From an uncultured Thermoleophilia bacterium (GTDB lineage Bacteria > Actinomycetota > Thermoleophilia > Gaiellales > Gaiellaceae), in assembly GCA_963758065.1 (NCBI GenBank), contig CAVWTX010000011.1, forward strand, positions 16,152 through 80,151: a stretch of DNA of 64,000 nt, read 5' to 3'. Positions 28,216 through 38,542 of the stretch are shown here, piece after piece. Below the pieces are notes generated by a model that was given only the letters and a program-made list of their open reading frames with translations, ran no database searches and was not told the DNA's origin. A program made the position numbers and the translations under genes. Within the stretch, counting starts at the first letter, position 1. Each line of letters starts with the position of its first letter.

Positions 28216-29283
28216 TTGTCCGATGGAACCCTGGCCGATCTCGGGTGGACCGACGAGCTCGAGGCGGCCTTCACAACCTACGCCGAGCGCGGCTTCGAGC
28301 CCGCTCGCGTCGTCGCGGAGCATCGCGGCGGCTACTTCGTCCGTGGGGAGCGCGGCGACCTGCTGGCGCACGCCCGCGGGCGCCTGCGTGACGACGAGAT
28401 CATGGGTGGGATGCCCGCCGTCGGCGACTGGGTCGCAGTCGTCGACGCCCCCGGCGACCACCACGCCGCGATCGAGGCGCTCCTCCCGCGGCGGACCAGG
28501 GTGTCCCGCAAGACGCCGTGGCTCAAGGCCGAGGAGCACATCCTCGCGTCGAACGTCGACACGGTCTTCCTGGTCGCGGGACTCGACCGGGACTTCAACC
28601 CCCGACGCCTGGAGCGGTACCTGACCGCTGCGTGGGACAGCGGCGCCGATCCGACCATCGTCCTGACCAAGCTCGACGTCTGCGACGACTTCGAGAAGAT
28701 CGCCGAAGCGGAGGACGTCGCAGTCGGAGTCCCGGTCTTGGCGGTGAGCAACGTCACCGGTGAGGGGATCGAGGAGGTGCGGGTGCTGCTTCGCCCCGCG
28801 CGCACGTTCGTCCTCCTCGGCTCGTCCGGATCCGGCAAGTCGACGCTCGTCAACCGGCTCGCCGGCCGCACGCTCATGCCGACGGGCGATCTCCGCCGTG
28901 ACGGCCGTGGGCGGCACACGACGCGGCACCGGCAGCTCCTGGTCCTGCGGGGTGGGGCGATCCTCATCGACACGCCCGGGCTGCGCGAGCTCCAGATCTG
29001 GGAGGGAGACGTCGACAACGCCTTCTCCGACATCGCCGAGCTCGCCGCCCAGTGCCGCTTCTCGGACTGCGCGCACTCGACCGAGCCGGATTGCGCCGTG
29101 CGGGAGGCGCTCGAGACGGGAGCGCTCGATCCGGCGCGCTGGGCGAACTACGGCAAGCTCCAGCGAGAGCTCCGCGCGGTCGAGGCCCGAAGCAGCATGC
29201 GGGTCCGGCGCGAGCTCAAGCAGCGTTGGCGGGCGCGTGCCCGAGAGACGCGACGCGCCCGCCGGTACGGGTGGAAGCCGTGA
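28216..29283 (+). CDS. rsgA: ribosome small-subunit-dependent GTPase A
   Basis: [26 protein letters not shown], zinc knuckle CRFSDCAHSTEPDCAV. TTG start after SD GAAGGAG. Confidence 0.9.
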   Translation: MSDGTLADLGWTDELEAAFTTYAERGFEPARVVAEHRGGYFVRGERGDLLAHARGRLRDDEIMGGMPAVGDWVAVVDAPGDHHAAIEALLPRRTRVSRKTPWLKAEEHILASNVDTVFLVAGLDRDFNPRRLERYLTAAWDSGADPTIVLTKLDVCDDFEKIAEAEDVAVGVPVLAVSNVTGEGIEEVRVLLRPARTFVLLGSSGSGKSTLVNRLAGRTLMPTGDLRRDGRGRHTTRHRQLLVLRGGAILIDTPGLRELQIWEGDVDNAFSDIAELAAQCRFSDCAHSTEPDCAVREALETGALDPARWANYGKLQRELRAVEARSSMRVRRELKQRWRARARETRRARRYGWKP

Positions 29284-29293
29284 AAGGAGGCTG

Positions 29294-30202
29294 TTACTTC
29301 TTGACCTGAGTCACCCAGTAGCGAGTCGAGGAGGTAGGCGGCGTCGAGAACCGCGCGTTCACCGCGTAGAGCCGGCTGCCGAAATCGGCGATAGTCGTCG
29401 GCACGTCGAAGCCGGAGTTCGTGATCTTCCGGACGACGCGTCCACTCGTCAGGTTCGGGGCGAGCGAGATCTTCGCGATGGTGTTGAGCTGGTTCTGGAC
29501 GACGTAGAGCGTGCGTCCTTCCAGCAGGATCCCGTCGCCGTTCATGACGTTCTCACCTCCTGCGAGCGCAACGGCGCGCGTCACGCCGTTCGGGCTCACC
29601 GTGAAGAGCCTCCCCGTGCCCGACTGGACGATGAGGAGCGTCTTGCCGTTCGGCGTCGCGTCGATGCCGTTCACGTTGAAACCTGCGCCATGCTGGTAGT
29701 CGCCCGTGAGCTGGATGGTCTTCGCCGCGGAGGGCGCCCCGGGTCGACCGTTCGGCCCGAGCGGCGCTCGGTAGAGGACGGGGTTGAACGAGTCCGTGAA
29801 CCACGCGGCCGTCTTCGTCACCACGACGTCGTTGACGAAGGTGTTGCCCGTCGCGAACGAGTAGGTCCGGACGAGCGCGCCCGTCCGCGCGTCGTAGACG
29901 TACCCGTTGCCGGTGTCGCCGCCGGCCACGAAGAGCCTGCCTCGGTCGGCCTTCAGTCCGATCGCTGAGCGGCCGGTCTGTGCCGGGACGAGGATCGCGC
30001 CCTTGCCCGTCCGCAGACTGCCGCGGTAGACGGCGCCGGTCGGAATCGAGCCGACGTAGAACTGCTCGTCCGCGTTGGCGATGCCCTCGGGCCGGAAACC
30101 GTCCGGGAGAGCGATCTCCTTCGGGAAGGTCGCATCCGCGGCGGCCATGGCCGAGGTCGTGAGGGCCGCCGTTAGTGCGAGCAGCAGGAAGAGCCGGATC
30201 AC
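29294..30202 (-). CDS. secreted beta-propeller protein (SMP-30/gluconolactonase/LRE-like appearance)
   Basis: Signal peptide, then repeated strand-rich blades (GIA..., LFVAGGDTG, GIDATPNGKTLLIV, LYVVQN). Confidence 0.6.
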   Translation of the reverse strand: MIRLFLLLALTAALTTSAMAAADATFPKEIALPDGFRPEGIANADEQFYVGSIPTGAVYRGSLRTGKGAILVPAQTGRSAIGLKADRGRLFVAGGDTGNGYVYDARTGALVRTYSFATGNTFVNDVVVTKTAAWFTDSFNPVLYRAPLGPNGRPGAPSAAKTIQLTGDYQHGAGFNVNGIDATPNGKTLLIVQSGTGRLFTVSPNGVTRAVALAGGENVMNGDGILLEGRTLYVVQNQLNTIAKISLAPNLTSGRVVRKITNSGFDVPTTIADFGSRLYAVNARFSTPPTSSTRYWVTQVKK

Positions 30203-30353
30203 GTGTGTCCTCCTCTCTTTCGACCTCGCTACACGGTACGTACGCGGGGTCGCCGCTCGTCGGATTGGATGCGGCCGAGCGGGACGTCTTGCATCGCCCG
30301 GGACCGCTGACTACCGTTCGAGACGGTTCTCGAAGTCTCTGGGGGAGGCGCTC

Positions 30354-31693
30354 GTGAAAGTGCTCGGCGCGCTGTGGGCTGGGGGAGTGGGACGACGTCG
30401 CAGGCGATCCGCTCGCCTTGCTCCGGCTCTGGCGCTCGTCGCGGTGATTGCGAGTATCGCGGCGGCGAGCGCAGGTGCGCTCGCGTTCGACGACCAACGG
30501 CCGTGCCCGGCCGCCTACCAGGAGAGCGAAGAACCACTACCTCAGCCGCCCTTCATCTGTCCCGACGGGGTTGTGGGAACGACGTACGCGGTCCAGCTCG
30601 TCGGCCACGGAAGCTGCGAGCCGTACTTCCGGTTCACCCTCCTGCGTGGCTCGCTCCCCCCGGGACTCTCCTTCTCGTCGGGTGGCCTGCTGAGCGGAAC
30701 TCCCGCGCGGGCCGGGAGCTGGAGGTTCTGGGTGCGCGCGGAGGACCTCCGTGCCTCCGACGGCGGACCTGCGTGGTGCGTCTCCGCAGACCAGGCCGAC
30801 GGCGAGTTCGTCGTCACCGTCCACCCGGGTGTCGTCGTCACGACGGAGTCCGCCCGGCCGGGGACGGTCGGAGCTCCCTACGACCTTGTACTGTCGGCGC
30901 AAGAGACGTCCGGGCCGAACCAGCTCTCGCTGCTGCCGGGCTGCGCTCCGGGTGAGCTGGCCTCCGGATCCTGCCCTCTGACGTGGTCGGTCGTGCAAGG
31001 TCAGCTTCCCGCGGGGCTCAGGGTGAATCCCGTCACGGGGCAGATCCTCGGCACTCCGACCGCTGAAGGCGTGTTCCCGTTCGTCGTCCGCGCGGTTCTC
31101 GACGACGGTCGAGCGGGTACGAGGAACCTGACGATCGCCGTCCGACAGCCTCTCGCGATCGATGCCCGCGCGCCGTTCGCTGCGCGAGGCGCTCGGACGC
31201 TCTGGGAGGTCGGAGTGGCATTCGCGGCAAGGCTGGCAGCCTCAGGAGGAACGAGCACGTACTCGTGGTCGCTCGCGGGCGGGGCGCTACCTCCCGGGCT
31301 CGCGCTCGCCGCCGACGGCACGATGGCCGGTACGCCGCGCGCCGCCGGTCTGTTTCGGGCGACGATCCAGCTCGCGGACAGCGAGGGCCGAACGGCCGCC
31401 CTCCCTGCGGTCTTTCGCATCGCCAGGCGACTTTCGATCAGTACCGCAGCGCTCCAGCCCGGGAAGGTCGGTCGCGCTCTATCGCGTGAGGCTCGCCGCG
31501 ACGGGAGGTCTCGTGCCGAGGAGCTGGAAGGTTGTGAGCGGGTCGCTTCCGCGCGGGTATCCGGCTCGATCGATCGCGCGGCATCCTGAGTGGCACGCCG
31601 ACGCGCGCCGGCCGCTACCGCTTGACGTTCGAGGCGTCCGACAAGCTCGGTGTGAAGTCCACGAGGTCGCTCGTCATCGACATCCGCGCCTAG
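30354..31693 (+). pseudogene. secreted/anchored protein with four putative Ig (He_PIG/dystroglycan-type cadherin-like) repeats, two frameshifts
   Basis: GTG after SD GGGGGAGG. Repeats end in LPPGLSFSSGGLLSGTP, LPAGLRVNPVTGQILGTP, LPPGLALAADGTMAGTP and LPRG|IRLDRSRGILSGTP. Breaks: KVGRA|YRVRLAATGG at about 31479 and SLPRG|IRLDR at about 31558. Reconstructed stop at 31691-31693. Confidence 0.75.
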
Positions 31694-32101
31694 CGCTGCG
31701 CGCAGCGGGACCAGTGGCTCCGGGAGAGATCGCATCACCCTGCAAATCGGCATCTTTCCCATCGAGAACGCGACGTTGTCCGTCCCGAAGAATGCCGCCG
31801 AGTCTGCGCAGCCCTTCGTGCATTGCCCGCCGATGACCGCGCACACGTTCGTCGTCAAGGAAACAGGGCCATGCGTGATCCTCGCCACGGAAACCGGCGC
31901 GACGATTTCGAGCGCGTGTGCCCGCGATCCGAGGTCGCGCTCCGCTACGACGCGGGATCTGAGGTCGATGTGACAGATCCCGAGCGCAGAGGGCGATGGG
32001 AGGTCCGGCGTCCAAGACACTGGGACGAACTCCCGTGGGCTGAACGGCCATAGCCCCGGGGCGGTTGCGCTGCGGCGTTCGGACGGAATGCCGCAGCGCA
32101 T
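31694..32101 (-). CDS. possible hypothetical protein, 3' end unresolved
   Basis: This minus frame has strongly G/C-biased third positions and a varied composition (ICHIDLRS...CAVIGGQCTKGCADSAAFFGTDNVAFSMGKMPICRVM). It then runs antisense into the Ig-repeat gene without a stop. Confidence 0.25.
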
Positions 32102-32212
32102 TTGGGATCGACGGCCCGAGACCTTCGGCTGCGCGAGCGTGCGCTTTTTTCCCCGCGTCTGACCCCGCCGGGGGCCCCGGCTCAGGGCTGAGGGGGCTCC
32201 CCCCAGCGCTCC

Positions 32213-34550
32213 TTACCCGCGGCCATGCCATTCGAGGGGCGGATCGAAGGCTTCCCCCATCGGCCCCACGCCGACGACGATCTTGCGGATCGTGCCGGTG
32301 AACTCGTTGTCATAGGCCGGGTAGTCGCTCGTCACGGGCGTCAGGTCGTCCATGCCCACATCTGCTGGCTCGGTGCCGATGAAGAACGGGATGGTCCGCT
32401 CGATCCTGCCCGACGCCACCTCTTCACCGTCGATGAAGAAGTCGCCCCTTCCGCCCGCTCCGGGCGTCTTGCCGCCGTCGTAGATGAACTCCCACCGGAG
32501 CGTGACCGCGCCGGCCGGGAGCTCGGGCGCGATCACTTCATAGGTCTCGCGACCGAACCAGTTGTAGGCGAACTTCGGTCGGCCGTCTTTCACGTACAGG
32601 CTCCATCCGCCGTGGTGTCCGCCGTGCGCGATGATCACGCCCTCGGCACCGCCGTCGGGAATCTCCAGCTCGGCAGTGATGGTGTACGAGCGGTTCTTCA
32701 TGTTGATGAACGCGTTCTCGGACAGCCCGATCATGCCTTCGTAGAGCGTCAATGACGTGCGCCCGCCCATCAGGTCGGGGCGTCCGGCAAGGGCAGGGTT
32801 GAAGCGCTCGAGAACACGGTCGTCGAGAGGCAGGACGTTGTACTTCACGGCTTCGGTCAGGAAGAGCGCCTTGAGCGCCTCCACCTTCTCCGGGTGCGTC
32901 GCGGCCAGGTCGTTCGCGAGGCTGAAGTCTTCCTCGGTGTCGTACAGCTCCCAGGTGTCCTCTTCGAAGGTTGCTCGCGGCTCGGGCTCCCAGAATGCCT
33001 TGTGCAGGGTGGTGGCGAACCAGCCGTCCTGGTACATGCCACGGTTGCCGCCGTACTCGAAGTACTGCGTCGTGTGCCGGGAGGTGGCCTCGGCGTCGTT
33101 GAACGTGTGGAGCAGGCTTTGGCCATCGAGGGGCTTCTGGGTCATGCCGTTCACGACCTTCGGCTCCGGCAGCCCGGCCGCTTCCAGCACCGTCGGGGCC
33201 AGGTCGATGATGTGCTGGAACTGCGTGCGGATCTCACCCTTCGCCTCGATCCCCTTGGGCCAGTGGATCACCGTGGCGTTGCGCGTCGCGGCGAAGTTCG
33301 CGTGCCCCTGCCCGCCGACCATCGGCGTGCAGCTCGCCTGGCCCCACCCCATCGCGTAATGGTTGGAGGCATGCGGCCCGCCCAGGTCGTCGATGTGCTG
33401 CCAGCAGGTTCTCCATCGTCTCGGGCACGCCGTTGAACGAGGCCAACTGGTTGAACGACCCGATCGGCCCCCCGAAGGGCGAGCCGCCGTTGTCGCCGGC
33501 GATCCAGACGACAAGGGTGTTGTCCAGCTCGCCGAGGTCCTCGATCGCCTGGATCAAGCGGCCGATCTCGTAGTCGGTGTGCTCGGCCATGCCCGCATAG
33601 ACCTCCATCTCCCGCGCCAGCACCCGCTGTTCCTCCGGCTTGTACGAGCTCCAGGGCTCGACCACTTCGGGCATCGGTGCGAGCGTCGTGTCCGGCGGAA
33701 CGATGCCGAGCGAGATCTGCCGGGCCAGGATCTCCTCGCGTAGCTGGTCCCAGCCCTGGTCGAACTTGCCCTTGTACTTGGCGATCCACTTCTCGGGCAC
33801 GTGATGCGGATCGTGCGTGCCCGCCGCCGCGTAGTAGATGAAGAACGGCTTGTCCGGCGTGAGCGACTGCTGGGCGCGGACCCACTTGATCGCCTGGTCG
33901 GTGATGTCGGTGCTGACGTGGTAGTCCGGATCGCGTGGCGTCGGGATACGGGTCACGCCGTCGTACAGGACCGGTGCGTAGAGGTCGGACTCGCCCTGGA
34001 GAAACCCGTAGAACTTGTCGAAGCCGGAGTGCGCAGGCCAGCGGTCGAGCGGCCCGGAGACGCTCAGCTCCCACGGCGGCAGCTCGTGGCTCTTGCCGAA
34101 CATGGCGGTTCCGTAGCCGTTCAGCCGCAGCATCTCGGCCAGCGGCGCGATCGAGTTGGGGCGCACGCACGTCATGCCGGGAAACGCCGTGCCCATCTCG
34201 GCCACTCCGCCCATGTTCGCGCTGTGCGAGTTGCGGCCGGTCAGCAGTGCCACCCGCGTCGGCGAGCAGACGGGCGCGGTGTGGAAATTGTTGTAGCGCA
34301 GCCCGCCCTGGGCGAGCCGATCGAAGGCCGCCATGTCGACCGGGCCGCCGAAGCAGGACGGGTCGGCGAACCCCATGTTGTCGATCAGGACGAAGACGAC
34401 ATTTGGTGCGCCTGCCCCCTTGGGCGGCTTCAACTCGAAGCGAGGCGGCGGCGTGGCCTTGCTCGCGTCGATCTCGGTGATCGGTGGATTCTCCGGCTCC
34501 GGCAGCGGCAGAATCGAGCGGTCCGGGCCGTTCTCGGGGGTGGCACTCAT
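32213..34550 (-). pseudogene. large arylsulfatase (Cys-type, about 779 aa), one frameshift
   Basis: FVLIDNMGF, CSPTRVALLTGR formylglycine motif, GKSHE. Break: FNGVPETMENL(L)|QHIDDLGGPHASNHY at about 33400. ATG at 34550 with SD GAAGGAG. Confidence 0.85.
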
Positions 34551-34849
34551 CGTCGCTCCTTCGAGGTCGCGTGGCGCGATGGCGAGCATACGGTTCGGTC
34601 GCCCACGGCGTGGCTGTAGGGTCGTGCACGATCGTGGCGGTCGCCGAGCGCGAGTGGTTCCGGAGAAAAGACGGACGCTGTGGTCGAAGTTCGCAGGCCG
34701 TTAGCGGCCGGGGATTGCCCTAGGAGCGACGATCGTGAGCTCGATCCGACGGCCGAGCACCGGGACGCAGGGCGAGTCAGGCGGGGTCCAGAGCACGACC
34801 TCGACGCGGTAGACGTGCTCGGCGCTCGCCACGAGGTCTCCCGGTGACC

Positions 34850-35380
34850 TCACGCTCGTTCCGGCTCGTAGCGAAGCAGGACCACACCCGAGTCGTACGT
34901 CTCCGTCCCGAGCAGCGTCAGCCGGAGCTTCTCCTCCTCCCAGAACGGCCGCTCGCCCTTGCCCCAGACCGCCGGGTGCACCGAGAACCAGAACTCGTCG
35001 ACGAGGCCGGCCGCGAGGAGATTCCGCGTGAGCTCGCCGCAGCCGTTCGTGATCAGGTCTCCGTCGCGCTCCGCCTTCAGCTTCGCCACGGCGTCCTCAA
35101 GCTCGCCTTTCAGCAGCGTCGCGTTCCAGGTCAGCGGCTCCTGCAGCGTGCGCGAAGCGACGAACTTCGGCATGGGGTTGAGCAGGTCCGCCCACTCTCC
35201 TTCCGCCGCCATCCAGTAGGCGGCGAGCCCCTCGTAGTTCTTGCGCCCGTACAGCAGCGCCGTGTCGCCCTCGAACAGCCGCAGCGACGCCTCCATGTGG
35301 TCGCCTTCGGGCACGAACCACTCCTCGACGGTCATGACGCCGTCGACCGTCATCGCCGTCAAGACGATCAGCCTGCTCAT
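34850..35380 (-). CDS. dihydrofolate reductase family protein (RibD C-terminal domain-like)
   Basis: 176 aa. LTAMTVDGV..., LYGRKNYEGL, DEFWFSVHPAVWGKG. Confidence 0.75.
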   Translation of the reverse strand: MSRLIVLTAMTVDGVMTVEEWFVPEGDHMEASLRLFEGDTALLYGRKNYEGLAAYWMAAEGEWADLLNPMPKFVASRTLQEPLTWNATLLKGELEDAVAKLKAERDGDLITNGCGELTRNLLAAGLVDEFWFSVHPAVWGKGERPFWEEEKLRLTLLGTETYDSGVVLLRYEPERA

Positions 35381-35780
35381 CGCTCCTCCTTGGGGTGCTC
35401 GTCTTTTCGATTAGGCACTTCCTTGGACGCCTCGGAAGCCTGGAACTCATCGCCGGCCCGGGCGCGGTCACGTCGGCGAGGTCGTCCATCGTCTCCACGT
35501 CGCGCAGGTGGACGGCGATCCAGAGCTCGAGCTCCACGTCCCCCAGATCGTGACGGCTCGGAGCGCGGGAGTCGAGACGCCTGATACTGACGCGTCCCGT
35601 TCGGTCATCCTTCGGGTCGAGCCCCTGGGCGTTCTTCCCCTTGCGGTACGGGACAGCCTGAGCCGAGGCGCACTCCCCCCGCGAACGGAAGGAGTGCGCC
35701 TCTTGCGGTCCGGTGTCGCCGTCGCTTCGACGCAGCCTCTCGGCCAGGGGCTCGAACGTGTCCAGGTCTGCCGTTACCAC
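35377..35780 (-). pseudogene. hypothetical protein, apparently frameshifted, translationally coupled to the DHFR-like gene
   Basis: GTG at 35780. G/C-rich third positions. The frame 2 nt offset from it ends ...GDEFQASEASKEVPNRKDEHPKEER* with its TGA overlapping the downstream ATG (ATGA at 35377-35380). 404 nt plus 1 is a multiple of 3. Confidence 0.35.
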
Positions 35781-36067
35781 TCGCCCCCGCTCCCTGGCCT
35801 CGCGGCGAGCAGGACGGGTTTCTCTAGGTCTGGAAGGTGATGTCCTCGGCCCTTGTTTCGGCGGTGCCTCGCCGCCTCGCCTGCAATAGCGCCGCGCGAA
35901 GCGGGGATCGTGGCTCCCGTCGCAGCGTTCTCGGAGACGACGGCCGTCGCTAGGCGGCCCCTGCCGCGATGGGCGTCAGATGGGGGAACACCCCGCCGAT
36001 CGGAGGGGCCCCCGCAGAGCCTGAGTCCACTAACCATCCCGCTTGCCCCTCGCTGCGGTGGTCGGAA

Positions 36068-36139
36068 TGGCCCCGGGAGGAGTCGAACCTCCGCCCGCAG
36101 ATTCGAAGTCTGCCGCTCTATCCACTGAGCTACGGGGCC
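36068..36139 (-). tRNA. tRNA-Arg (anticodon TCG)
   Basis: GGCCCCGTAGCTCAGTGGATAGAGCGGCAGACTTCGAATCTGCGGGCGGAGGTTCGACTCCTCCCGGGGCCA. Anticodon loop CTTCGAA. Confidence 0.9.
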
Positions 36140-36167
36140 GGCCAGAGCACGGTAGCGAGTTCTGCTG

Positions 36168-38138
36168 CTATGCCGCGCGCTCGGCCTCTTGCTCGTCCCG
36201 CACGTGCGCGACCAGCACCCGTACGACGGTCGGATCGAACTGGCTTCCAGCGAGCCGCGTGAGCTCTTGCAGCGCCTCGTTCGGCGTGCGCGCCTGTCGG
36301 TACGGGCGGTCCGACGTCATCGCGTGGTAGGTGTCACAGGCCATCACGATCCGCGACGCGAGCGGGATGTCCTCGCCTGCAAGGCCGTCCGGGTAGCCGC
36401 TCCCGTCCCAATGCTCGTGTGAGGAACGCACGACCGTGGCGACGCCGCGCAACGCAGGCGTTGCTCGAAGGATGCGTTCACCGACCAGCGTGTGCTGGCG
36501 GATGAAGGCCCACTCGCGCTCGTCGAGCGGGCCGGGCTTCTGGAGGATCTCGTCGGGCACAGCGAGCTTTCCGAGATCGTGCAGCTGCGCTGCTCGCGCG
36601 AGCTCCTCGAGCTCCTGCTTGCGGAGCCCGAGCATGCGACCAGTCGCTACGGCGAGCGATCCCACTCCCTCCACGTGCGAATACAGCTCGGGCTCGCGAA
36701 GTGCGACCACCTCGAGGAGCGCAGCCATGGTGCGGTCGCTCTCACCGCGCCTCGAGTGCTTCTGCGCGTAGAGGCGCTCGTCTGCGACCTGGAGCGCAAG
36801 GCTGGGCTCGATCGCCTCGTCGGGCAGCATCACGGCCCCGAACGAGCTCTCGATCCGGAAGCCCTCACCGTGCTCGGAGAGTGCCTCGGACGCCCGGTCG
36901 ATGAGCGGCTCGGCCTCCCCTTCGCCGATCGACGCGATGAGGCAGAACTCGTCCCCGCCGAGGCGGTATGCAGCTCCCTTCTGTTGGGGAACGGCGGCGA
37001 GCTTCGACCCCAGGCGGGTCAGGAGGGCGTCTCCCGCGGGATGGCCGAAGGTGTCGTTGTAGGCCTTGAATCCGTCGAGATCGAAGATCATGAGGAGGGC
37101 GGTCTCGATCTCCGCGCTCGCGAAGCGATGCTCGAGATCGTTGAGGAGCTTCCGACGGTTCCCGAGGTTCGTGAGCGCATCTGTCGTCGCTTCGTAGCGT
37201 GTGAGCTCGAACAGCCGCCGGTTCTCCCGGATCGTCAGCCCGAGTCGCACGCTGACGAGGAGCAGGACCGCCGTGGACAGCACGATCGCCAGGAGGTTGA
37301 CCGGCCGGAAGTGGTCATAGACGAGGATGGCGGTCGATACCAGCGCGCAGGCAGTCGGGACGGCGAGCAGTGGACGACCCTCGACCTCGAGCTCGCCGCT
37401 CGAGCGGTCACGAGTCCATGCCGCAGATGCGATGAGCAGCATCGAAGCGGGCCACAGGATGTCGACCCAGGCGCCTTCGACGTAGGTCCCAGCAGTCGTG
37501 TGGAAGAGGTAGACGCCGTCTGCGATCGCGGTCGCGAGCGCACCGAGCCCGAGTAGGAGCCAGCGGCACCCGGGTCTCCAGCCGGTGAGCGAGAACACTC
37601 CGAACACGGCGGAGAGCAGCAGAACGTCTCCGAGCGGGTACGCCAGGCTCGTGGCCACGCTCGTGAGCTCGCCTTCGCTCCTCTCCAGAACGTGCTCGAC
37701 GAGAACGGCCGCGCCGAATGCGCCGGCCGCCAGCGAGGCGGTCATGCCGTCGAGCCAGAGCGGGCCCGCGATCGACCGGGCGCGGGACTGCAGCAGCAGC
37801 ACGAACCCGACGTACAGCAGGATGTAGAAAGCGATGTATCCGGCATCCCCCAGGAACGGATACGTCTCGGCCCCGATGAACCTGTGCCAGAGCTCGCTGA
37901 AGGTCCACGAGACGAGAGCCAGCGTGATCGTCGTCCACGCCGTGCGCTCCTCCTTGACCAGATAGACACGCGAGCCCGCGGTCACGCACGCGAGGACGAT
38001 GAGGCCGCTGTAAACCCAGGTGTTGAAGAACCCGGACAGGTTCGAGTCGTCCGGCGCCGCGAGGACGAAGAGCGCGAACACGGCCAAGCCCACGGCCGAG
38101 CCTGCGCGCGTGAAGTGGATCCACCCGCGATGCGACAT
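36168..38138 (-). CDS. membrane-bound GGDEF diguanylate cyclase fused to HD-GYP phosphodiesterase
   Basis: About 8-10 TM helices, then RLGGDEF, then HDLGK...HEHWDGSGYP. ATG at 38138 (alternative 38201). The track ORF extension to 38564 is Arg/Glu-rich. Confidence 0.88.
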   Translation of the reverse strand: MSHRGWIHFTRAGSAVGLAVFALFVLAAPDDSNLSGFFNTWVYSGLIVLACVTAGSRVYLVKEERTAWTTITLALVSWTFSELWHRFIGAETYPFLGDAGYIAFYILLYVGFVLLLQSRARSIAGPLWLDGMTASLAAGAFGAAVLVEHVLERSEGELTSVATSLAYPLGDVLLLSAVFGVFSLTGWRPGCRWLLLGLGALATAIADGVYLFHTTAGTYVEGAWVDILWPASMLLIASAAWTRDRSSGELEVEGRPLLAVPTACALVSTAILVYDHFRPVNLLAIVLSTAVLLLVSVRLGLTIRENRRLFELTRYEATTDALTNLGNRRKLLNDLEHRFASAEIETALLMIFDLDGFKAYNDTFGHPAGDALLTRLGSKLAAVPQQKGAAYRLGGDEFCLIASIGEGEAEPLIDRASEALSEHGEGFRIESSFGAVMLPDEAIEPSLALQVADERLYAQKHSRRGESDRTMAALLEVVALREPELYSHVEGVGSLAVATGRMLGLRKQELEELARAAQLHDLGKLAVPDEILQKPGPLDEREWAFIRQHTLVGERILRATPALRGVATVVRSSHEHWDGSGYPDGLAGEDIPLASRIVMACDTYHAMTSDRPYRQARTPNEALQELTRLAGSQFDPTVVRVLVAHVRDEQEAERAA

Positions 38139-38288
38139 GTCTGGACGAGAATCGGCCTGTCGCCCTCGCTTCTTGAGCGTTCGAACGGCAGTCGGGGGCA
38201 TTTGACCGCGGCCTGTAGAGCAGAGGCTCGGTCGAGCTTGCACTCGCGAGCGGTCCGGTCCGTCCGACGGCGGTCCTACCCTCGCGCC

Positions 38289-38528
38289 ATGACACTCGGG
38301 ATCGTGGTGTTCGGCGCCGCGTTCCTCGTCGGGCTCGGGCTCGGCACCTACACCCGACGGCCGCTTTCGACCGCGTTCCTCGTCCTCGGCAGCTTCACGG
38401 CCTTGCTCGTGCTGTCGGCGACGGGTGAGGTGCTCGGCGCGGCGGCCGTGCTCGCGATCGTCCTCCTCGTCGGGCTCGTCGCGGAAAGCATGCGCGAGAC
38501 GTTCGCGCTCATCGTCGGCCGTAACTAG
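38289..38528 (+). CDS. small hydrophobic membrane protein (79 aa)
   Basis: ATG at 38289. Two or three predicted TM helices. Ends 15 nt before the antiporter start. Confidence 0.4.
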   Translation: MTLGIVVFGAAFLVGLGLGTYTRRPLSTAFLVLGSFTALLVLSATGEVLGAAAVLAIVLLVGLVAESMRETFALIVGRN

Positions 38529-38542
38529 TAGAACACCCCGGC

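Noticed and set aside
35400-35780. LigD phosphoesterase-like similarity (RHDLGDVELEL and GLDPKDDR resemble LHYDFRLE and PSLDPxxKR)
   Set aside because: The motif order is inverted relative to the LigD 3'-phosphoesterase domain and the matches are short, so they are probably coincidental.
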